Shown piece after piece: positions 46,770-53,160 of a stretch of DNA of 53,160 nucleotides (position 1 is the first letter of the stretch; each line of letters opens with the position of its first letter). The position numbers and the translations under genes are program-made. The notes beneath the pieces are model-generated. The model saw only the letters and a program-made list of their open reading frames with translations, searched no databases and was not told the DNA's origin. Source of the DNA: PVC group bacterium. GTDB lineage: Bacteria; Auribacterota; Erginobacteria; Erginobacterales; Erginobacteraceae. Location of the stretch: the NCBI GenBank assembly GCA_043804695.1, contig JAZDIV010000084.1, positions 1-53,160 of the forward strand, written 5' to 3'.

Positions 46770-47411
46770 GTGAAAATAGTCCTGTTCGCCGCCATTTTCA
46801 TCGTGATCGGCCAGGCTGATTACATTGAAGTGTCCCCGGAGCGTCTCAGCAAGGACCCGGAGGAGTATATCGGCGTCCCGATCAAGTTCAAATGCCGTTT
46901 CCTCAAGGAGGATCCCACCTGGCTGAACGACGCCGATGTGCCCCGCCCGGCGGAAAAGTACGTCGGTTTCGTCGTGGAGGCCGGCGGCCGGATCTTCGCC
47001 CAGCTGTTCTTTCCCCGGGAGAGGGCCAAGGACCTGAAACGCTTCGCGAGCAAGGACCGGTTGATCATCTATGGCACGGTGTTCAGCGCCCGGTTTGACT
47101 TTCCCTGGATAGACGTGGACAAGATCTCCGAGGGCTGGGTCATCGGCGAGGAGCCCGAGCAGGTGAAGGATGAACGGATCAAGATGGCCCGGGAGTATGA
47201 GGATTTTTTAAAGGCCCGGAGCCGTATCCTGGAGGAGCTCGAGCTGGACGACGTCAGGGACATTTACAGCAAGCAGGAAGCGCTGATCGAACTCTTGCGG
47301 GATAAAAAGATTTTTACCGCCGAGGAGTTCGAACGGTATCTCTCCCGGCAGAAAGTGAAGCCCACCCCGGTCCCGGACTGGGAGTTGATTCTCCAGCGGG
47401 AAGAGCAATAA
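46770..47411 (+). CDS. Exported hypothetical protein (possible OB-fold plus helical C-terminus); start uncertain
   Basis: GTG start with signal-like VKIVLFAAIFIVIGQA; GC3-rich codons; P..Y.G..I.F.C.F ... G.V pattern. Confidence 0.6.
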   Translation: MKIVLFAAIFIVIGQADYIEVSPERLSKDPEEYIGVPIKFKCRFLKEDPTWLNDADVPRPAEKYVGFVVEAGGRIFAQLFFPRERAKDLKRFASKDRLIIYGTVFSARFDFPWIDVDKISEGWVIGEEPEQVKDERIKMAREYEDFLKARSRILEELELDDVRDIYSKQEALIELLRDKKIFTAEEFERYLSRQKVKPTPVPDWELILQREEQ

Positions 47412-47458
47412 CCTGGATTATTCATACATCGGGGTAATGGTATCAGTTCCCAGCCCGT

Positions 47459-48268
47459 ATGAATACCGACGTCTTCAGTTTTATCCTCGACTCCAGGCGT
47501 TCCGGCGAAGCGGTGGTTCTGGCGACTGTGGTCGGCAGCCGGGGATCGGTGCCGGCGGCGGCGGGAAGCAGGATGGCGGTGACGGCGTCGGCGACGGCGG
47601 GCACTGTCGGCGGTGGCGCCCTTGAGGCCCGGGTGATCGAGGAGGCTCGGAAGGCATTGACCGACAGAAAGTCATGGCTCCTTCATTTCAGCCTCGACGA
47701 CAGCGAGGCTGCCGATCTGGGAATGATCTGCGGCGGTGAGCAGGAAGTTTTCCTGGACGTTATCGAACCGTCCCCCCGTCTCCTGATCTTCGGGGGCGGC
47801 CACGTCGGGCGGGCTTTGGCGCGCGTGGCCGCCGCCGCCGGGTTTCCGGTCTCGGTTGTTGATGACCGGGACGAGTTTGTCGATCCCGCCCATTTCCCGG
47901 CCGGCTGCAGCCTGATCAGGATGCCGTTTGACGGGAACTGGGAGGGACTGGGGATATCCGCCGAGACCATGATCGTGATCCTCACCCGCGGGCACGCCTT
48001 TGACCGCCTCTGCCTGAAAAAGGCCGTCTCCACGGCCGCCCGTTACATCGGGATGATCGGGAGCCGGCGGAAGGTGGCCGAAACCCTGGCCGCCCTGGAA
48101 AAGGACGGCATCCCGGTGAAAGACGACGAGCGGGTGTACGCCCCGGTCGGCCTCGACCTGGGGGGGAGCTCCCCGGAAGAGATCGCGGTCAGCATTCTGG
48201 CGGAGATTGTCGCGGTCCGGTACGGAGGGACCGGCCGGCACCTGAGGGAGCCGGTGAAAAATTTTTGA
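47459..48268 (+). CDS. xdhC: XdhC/CoxI-family molybdoenzyme maturation protein
   Basis: GTVGGG.LE, MICGG, FGGGHV, TRGH..D, YIGMIGS and P.GLDLG..PEEIAVSI.AE motifs. Confidence 0.92.
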   Translation: MNTDVFSFILDSRRSGEAVVLATVVGSRGSVPAAAGSRMAVTASATAGTVGGGALEARVIEEARKALTDRKSWLLHFSLDDSEAADLGMICGGEQEVFLDVIEPSPRLLIFGGGHVGRALARVAAAAGFPVSVVDDRDEFVDPAHFPAGCSLIRMPFDGNWEGLGISAETMIVILTRGHAFDRLCLKKAVSTAARYIGMIGSRRKVAETLAALEKDGIPVKDDERVYAPVGLDLGGSSPEEIAVSILAEIVAVRYGGTGRHLREPVKNF

Positions 48269-48334
48269 TAAGTGGCATGAAATAACGCACCTTTTTATAC
48301 TTTTTACAGGTAAAAAGTAGCGAAGCTCAAATCC

Positions 48335-50608
48335 ATGACGGCGTTCAAATATATCGGCAAAAGAGTGCCCCGGATCGACGCCCGCGATAAGGTGACCGGG
48401 AAGACTGTCTACTCCACCGATCTCTTCCCGGAAGGCATGCTCCGGGCCCGGGTTCTCCGGAGCGGTCTTCCCCATGCCCGGATCCGCAAGCTCGACGTCT
48501 CCCGGGCCCGAAAACTCCCCGGGGTGGAGGCGGTCCTCACCCACGAAGACATCCCCGGCCACAACGGCTTCGGGATCGTGACACCCAACTGGCCGGTTCT
48601 CTGCGTGGACCGGGTCCGCTACCGCGGCGACGCCCTGGCCCTGGTCGCGGCCGTTGACGAAGAGACGGCGGAAGAGGCGCTCTCCCTGATCGAGGTGGAG
48701 TACGAACCGCTTCCGGTCATCGAAACCCCGGAAGAGGCGCTCCGGCCGGACGCCTTTCAAATCCACGAGGGCGGGAACATCCAGCACTCCATGGACATCC
48801 CCCCCAAGGGAGACGTGGAGAAGGGGCTCGGGGAGTCGGACATCGTCCTGGAGCAGACCTACCGCACCCAGTTCATGGAGCACGCCTACCTGGAGACGGA
48901 GGGTGGCGTGGCCGTGTATGATGAAGAGGAGGGGGTGATCACGGTTTGGTGCGGGGATCAGTACGCTTTCCGGGACCAGCTCCAGATCGCCCGCTCTCTC
49001 GACTGGGACCCGCTGAAGATCAGGGTGATCGGCTCCCCGACCGGAGGGGGTTTCGGGGGCAAGGACGAGATCAGCGTCCAGATTCACCTGGCCCTGCTCG
49101 CCTACCGCACCCGGAAGCCGGTCCGCCTTCACTGGAGCCGGGAGGAATCGATCGTGGCCGGCCCCAAGCGCCACGCCATGACATCCACCTTCCGGATCGG
49201 CGCCGGCAAGGACGGCCGGCTGCGGGCGATCGACGTCCGGGTGGTCTCCAACACCGGCGCCTACGATACCATCTCCGGGCCGATCCTGAACCTGGCCCTG
49301 GAATCGTCCCCGGGTCCCTACAAGTATCCCCATTCCCGTTTCCGGGGCGTCGGCGTCTATACCAATAACGCCATGGGCGGCGAATTCCGGGGTTTCGGGG
49401 CCCCCCAGGTGGTCTTCGGACTGGAGCAGGAGCTGGACAAGCTGGCCCGGCGGCTGAAGATGGATCCGATCGACCTGCGCCTCCTGAATGCCGTCGAGCA
49501 GGGCGATGTCTCGGCCATCGGACACCGGCTCCAGACCAGCACCGGCATCAAGGACACCCTGGAAGCCGCCCGCCGGACCGGCCTCTGGCAGAACCGGGAG
49601 CGGATCAAGGCCGAGCTGGCAGCCGCCGGCCGGCAGAAGAAATACGGGGTGGGGGTCGCGTCCGAATGGCACGCCGTCGGGCTGGGGGTGGGTCTGCCGG
49701 ACTTCGCGAATGTCGTGATCGAGATCGGCGAGGGGGGGGCGATCACCCTCCGGACCGGAGCGATCGAGATCGGGCAGGGGAACCTGACCGCCTATGCCCA
49801 GATCCTGGCGGAGGCCCTGGAATGCGACATCGGGAAGATCAGGGTCGTGCACGGCGACACCTTTGAGACCCCCGACTCGGGATCGGTGACCGCCTCCCGG
49901 TCCGTCCTCATCAACGGCAATGCCATCCTCGACGGGGTGAAGCGCTTGGAATCGATGCTGGTGGAGATCGCCTCCCGGAAGCTCGGCCTTCCGGAAGAAG
50001 ATCTTGAATACGCGGCCGGCCGGGTCTCTTCCCGCCGTTCGCCCGGCCCCGCCCTGACGCTCGAAGAACTGGCCGGCCCTGCCGCCTCCGCGGGCTCCCC
50101 GCTCACGGTCACGGGCGCCGCCGTCTTTGCCGTCTCCGACCGGGACTTTGGCGACGGGCTCCCCCACAATTACTATACCTACATCACCCAGATCGCCCTG
50201 GTCGGCGTGGATACCGGCACCGGCGAGGTCGAAGTCGTGAAGGTAATCTCCTGCCCGGAGATGGGCCGGGCCATCAACGTGGCGGGGGTGGAGGGGCAGT
50301 GCGAGGGAGGGGTGGTGATGGGGATCGGCTACACGCTTTTTGAGAACGTGGTGGTGGAGAAGGGAGAATTTAAAACAACCGGATTCTCCACCTACATCCT
50401 TCCCACCGCTCTCGACGTCCCCGAACAGGAAACGGTGATCGTGGAGAAGCCGGAGAAGAGCGGGCCTTACGGGGCCAAGGGGGTGGGCGAGGCCCCGACG
50501 GTCCCGGTCACCCCGGCCATCGTCAACGCGATTCACGACGCGGTCGGCATCCGCTTTGCAAAACTGCCCATCACCCCGGAGGATGTAGTCGAGAAATTAG
50601 GCGGGTAG
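48335..50608 (+). CDS. Xanthine-dehydrogenase-family molybdopterin-binding subunit
   Basis: KVTG...Y, HA.LE, GGGFGGK, FRGFG.PQ, E.GQG and AKGVGE motifs. Confidence 0.93.
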   Translation: MTAFKYIGKRVPRIDARDKVTGKTVYSTDLFPEGMLRARVLRSGLPHARIRKLDVSRARKLPGVEAVLTHEDIPGHNGFGIVTPNWPVLCVDRVRYRGDALALVAAVDEETAEEALSLIEVEYEPLPVIETPEEALRPDAFQIHEGGNIQHSMDIPPKGDVEKGLGESDIVLEQTYRTQFMEHAYLETEGGVAVYDEEEGVITVWCGDQYAFRDQLQIARSLDWDPLKIRVIGSPTGGGFGGKDEISVQIHLALLAYRTRKPVRLHWSREESIVAGPKRHAMTSTFRIGAGKDGRLRAIDVRVVSNTGAYDTISGPILNLALESSPGPYKYPHSRFRGVGVYTNNAMGGEFRGFGAPQVVFGLEQELDKLARRLKMDPIDLRLLNAVEQGDVSAIGHRLQTSTGIKDTLEAARRTGLWQNRERIKAELAAAGRQKKYGVGVASEWHAVGLGVGLPDFANVVIEIGEGGAITLRTGAIEIGQGNLTAYAQILAEALECDIGKIRVVHGDTFETPDSGSVTASRSVLINGNAILDGVKRLESMLVEIASRKLGLPEEDLEYAAGRVSSRRSPGPALTLEELAGPAASAGSPLTVTGAAVFAVSDRDFGDGLPHNYYTYITQIALVGVDTGTGEVEVVKVISCPEMGRAINVAGVEGQCEGGVVMGIGYTLFENVVVEKGEFKTTGFSTYILPTALDVPEQETVIVEKPEKSGPYGAKGVGEAPTVPVTPAIVNAIHDAVGIRFAKLPITPEDVVEKLGG

Positions 50609-50669
50609 GGGCGAGCCCCCTTTTCGCTTTCTTGGACAGGACGATTAAGGGAAAAATACGGCATAATTA

Positions 50670-50908
50670 GACCCTGTTCGAAAATGTTTTCGAGCAGGAA
50701 ATCCTAAATTCTACTATCGAAATCCTAAATAAATCCAAAATCCAAATGACCAAATATCCAAATATCGCGATGCTTGGCGAAAGTGTTTTGAATTTGTGAT
50801 TTTGGTCATTTGAGATTATTTAGGATTTAGTATTTTCCGCCAGAGGCGGATCAGCCTTTGGCTGAAGATATTAGGATTTGAGAGCTTATGAGCTTTTCGA
50901 GTAAGCTC
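50670..50908. mobile_element. MITE-like element with imperfect TIRs and TA flanks, carrying a nested periodic repeat and a double hairpin
   Basis: TA|gaccctgttcgaaaa ... ttttcgagtaagctc|TA; non-coding; both ends recur at 1272..1312. Confidence 0.6.
50836..50865. repeat. 30-bp double-hairpin element
   Basis: tccgcc-AGA-ggcgga tcagcc-TTT-ggctga. Confidence 0.85.
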
Positions 50909-50919
50909 TAATTAATCAT

Positions 50920-50945
50920 GTAGGGGCGAACCCCCGTGTTCGCCC
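50920..50945 (+). repeat. GTAG-type REP sequence, with a degenerate copy at 50605..50627
   Basis: GTAG followed by the gggcgaac...gttcgccc hairpin. Confidence 0.7.
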
Positions 50946-50966
50946 GATCGGAATCATCACATTGCC

Positions 50967-51458
50967 ATGGATGAGGTCACCATACAGTTTCAACTGAACG
51001 GGGAAGAAGTCAGCGTTACCGCGCCGCCCTTCTTCACCCTCCTCCGGCTGCTCCGGGAACGGCTCGGCCTGACCGGGGCCAAGCCCGGCTGCGAGCGGGG
51101 GGAGTGCGGGGCCTGCACCGTTCTTCTCGACGGGGAGCCGGTCGCCTCCTGCCTGGTCCTCGCTCCCCAGGTGGAAGGGAGGGCGGTCGAGACGATTGAG
51201 GGGATTTCCGACGGGGAACGTCTTCATCCGCTCCAGGAAGCCTTCATTGAGGAGAGCGCGGTTCAGTGTGGCTACTGCATACCGGGGATGATCATGTCCG
51301 CCAAAGCGCTTCTGGACCGGAACCTCAACCCCGCCCGGGACGAGATCAAGCGGGCCTTATCGGGGAACCTCTGCCGCTGCACCGGCTACACCAAGATCAT
51401 CCAGGCGGTGGAGGCGGCCGCCGCGAAGATCAGGGATCAGGGAGGAGGGGCGGCGTGA
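50967..51458 (+). CDS. [2Fe-2S] small subunit (CoxS/XdhC-type)
   Basis: GC..GECGACTV..DG...SC, QCGYC.PG and NLCRCTGY motifs. Confidence 0.95.
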   Translation: MDEVTIQFQLNGEEVSVTAPPFFTLLRLLRERLGLTGAKPGCERGECGACTVLLDGEPVASCLVLAPQVEGRAVETIEGISDGERLHPLQEAFIEESAVQCGYCIPGMIMSAKALLDRNLNPARDEIKRALSGNLCRCTGYTKIIQAVEAAAAKIRDQGGGAA

Positions 51459-51460
51459 CC

Positions 51461-52315
51461 ATGCGATTCGATTATCTTCGGGCCGGGAGCGTCGAAGAGG
51501 CCCTGGAGCTGCTGCGGGAGAACGATGGGGACTGCCGGGTCCTGGCGGGGGGGACCGATCTGCTGGTGATGATCCAGGAAAAGCTTGTCTCCCCCCGGGC
51601 CGTGCTTGACATCAGCGGCCTGGAGGAGCTGAAAGGGATAGAAGAGAGCGGCGGCCGGATCCGGGTGGGGGCGCTGGCTTCCCACGCCCGGATCGCCGGT
51701 TCCGCGGTGCTGGAGAAGAAGGCGGCTCCCCTGGTCCAAAGCTGCGCCGAGGTCGGCTCTCCCCAGATCCGCGCCCTCGGCACCATCGGGGGCAACCTGG
51801 TGATGGCGTCCCCCTCGGGGGATGCCATCCCCGCGCTCTTTGTCCTGGGAGCGTCGGTCATTCTGAAAAGCAGCCGGGGGGAACGCGCGGTTCCGATCGA
51901 GGAGTTTTTTACGGGGGTGAAGAGGTCTGTCCGCCGTCCGGATGAGCTTTTGACCGCCGTTGTCTTCCCGGCGCCGGCACCGTCGGATCGCGGCTTTTTC
52001 AAGAAGCTGGGGCAGCGGAAAGCCCTCGCCATCTCCAAGGTCTCGACCGCCGCGCTCCTCTCCTTCCGGGGGGGGGGTGTCGAAAAGATCCGGGTCGCCC
52101 TGGGTGCGGTCGCTCCCACCGTCATCCGCGCTCCCCGGACCGAGTCGTTCCTCGCCGGTCATAAGCTCACGGCGGACCCGATCGAAGAGGCCGCCCGGAT
52201 CTGCGCGGAGGAGTCCCGGGCCATTACCGACCTTCGTTCCAGCGCGGTTTACCGGAACCGGATGGCCGGCCTCCTCCTGGCCCGCGGGCTGGAAGAACTG
52301 GTGGAAGAGAACTGA
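51461..52315 (+). CDS. FAD-binding medium subunit (CoxM/XdhB-type)
   Basis: LAGGTDL, QIR..GTIGGNL..ASP.GD and K...RKA motifs. Confidence 0.93.
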   Translation: MRFDYLRAGSVEEALELLRENDGDCRVLAGGTDLLVMIQEKLVSPRAVLDISGLEELKGIEESGGRIRVGALASHARIAGSAVLEKKAAPLVQSCAEVGSPQIRALGTIGGNLVMASPSGDAIPALFVLGASVILKSSRGERAVPIEEFFTGVKRSVRRPDELLTAVVFPAPAPSDRGFFKKLGQRKALAISKVSTAALLSFRGGGVEKIRVALGAVAPTVIRAPRTESFLAGHKLTADPIEEAARICAEESRAITDLRSSAVYRNRMAGLLLARGLEELVEEN

Positions 52316-52347
52316 GCGGCTTGCGCCCCCGAGTATTTTTTTATCAT

Positions 52348-52377
52348 CCGACCGATCGGTCCGATCCGACCGATCCC
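52348..52377. repeat. 9-nt periodic repeat (CCGATC core)
   Basis: ccga ccgatcggt ccgatccga ccgatcc. Confidence 0.6.
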
Positions 52378-52386
52378 AAAAGCACT

Positions 52387-53031
52387 ATGATGGCGGGAAA
52401 TAAAATAAAACGCCCGGTCTACGCCATCATCCTGGCGGCCGGGGAGTCCCGCCGCTGCGCCCCCCGGAACAAGCTCCTTCTTCCCTTCGGCGGAAAAACC
52501 ATCCTGGAAACGTCGGTCCGGAACGTTCTCGCGTCCCGGGTCGTCGGCGTGGTTGTGATTCTCGGCCACCAGGCGGACGTTGCCGCCGGCCTCCTGCGGG
52601 GACTGTCCTGCCGGATGGTCGTCAATCCCGATTATCCCTCCGGGATGGGGAGCTCGGTGATCGCGGGGATCGACTACTGGCACAGCCTCGACGACCTTGC
52701 TTCCGATGCCGGCTTCCTCTTTGCCCTGGGTGACCAGCCCTGTATCCCCCCCGCCGTCATCGACGAGGTAATCCGGACTTACCGGGAGAAGGGGGCACAA
52801 ATCGTGGTCCCCGTCTGTAATGGGCGGAGAGGGCACCCCTCGATCTTTCACCGGCAGTACGCTGACGAGATCCGGGAGGTGGCCGGCAGGTGGGGCGCCC
52901 GCGAGGTCTTGCGCCGCCACCCGGACGACATTGTCAGCGTGGAGGTCGCCTCGGAGGCGGTCCTCCTCGACATCGACACTCCGGATGATTACACCGGTAT
53001 GGTCAACCAATTTCCTGAAGCGACCGGCTAA
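52387..53031 (+). CDS. mocA: Molybdenum cofactor cytidylyltransferase (MocA-like)
   Basis: ILAAG.S.R...K.LL, GM.SS, LGDQP, GHP..F and DIDTPDDY motifs; next to an MCD-type enzyme. Confidence 0.85.
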   Translation: MMAGNKIKRPVYAIILAAGESRRCAPRNKLLLPFGGKTILETSVRNVLASRVVGVVVILGHQADVAAGLLRGLSCRMVVNPDYPSGMGSSVIAGIDYWHSLDDLASDAGFLFALGDQPCIPPAVIDEVIRTYREKGAQIVVPVCNGRRGHPSIFHRQYADEIREVAGRWGAREVLRRHPDDIVSVEVASEAVLLDIDTPDDYTGMVNQFPEATG

Positions 53032-53034
53032 ACC

Positions 53035-53160
53035 CCGTCTCCTCTTTCCTCAGACCCCTGCCGCTTACGCGGCAGGTGAATCAGTTCACAAGCTATTCGC
53101 GCCGTCTCCTTTTTCTTCAGACCCCCGCGGCTTCATGCCGCGGGTGAATCAGTTCACAAG
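53035..53160. repeat. Tandem 67-nt-period REP-like units, possibly continuing past the window edge
   Basis: ccgtctcct...tcagacccc-[hairpin]-gtgaatcagttcacaag at 53035 and 53102. Confidence 0.85.

Noticed and set aside
53035-53160. Possible CRISPR array
   Set aside because: Only two units; the variable part is a paired stem rather than a unique spacer; no cas genes in the window.

Overview
GC-rich chromosomal window from a probably anaerobic, diderm bacterium. A PVC-related candidate lineage is suggested only by the style of some hypothetical proteins and is unverified. Gene content from left to right: (1) an envelope/exopolysaccharide locus with two paralogous modular exported proteins, a degenerate metallophosphoesterase, a polysaccharide deacetylase, exosortase + EpsI, a WcaJ-type priming transferase, GT2, a flippase-like protein and rfbA-rfbB-rfbD; (2) a housekeeping run of Trm112-like, aroQ, Xaa-Pro peptidase, PPi-PFK, gmhA, rfaE2, an AT-richer GT-C-like membrane gene, thiC, PfkB kinase, tRNA-Gly(CCC), HIT, LysM, phoH, 7TM-HD, ybeY, dgkA-PAP2, recO, glyQ, glyS, ppdK, sigma-70, apt, phosphomannomutase, uppP and a divergent purC-like gene; (3) on the minus strand, an FG-GAP-like/beta-helix exported protein and an SDR-SPT-GNAT trio matching the bacterial ceramide pathway; (4) an xdhC-xdhABC-mocA molybdoenzyme cluster. 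No transposase, integrase, CRISPR array or rRNA was seen. The most unusual signal is non-coding. Nearly every intergenic spacer holds small structured DNA elements: 6-9 nt periodic repeats, mostly arranged as purine-arm/pyrimidine-arm inverted pairs; c(GNA)g-triloop hairpins; a 30-bp double hairpin inserted without target duplication into those repeats; a TA-flanked MITE with a minimal 41-bp sibling; and REP-like repeats with covarying stems.
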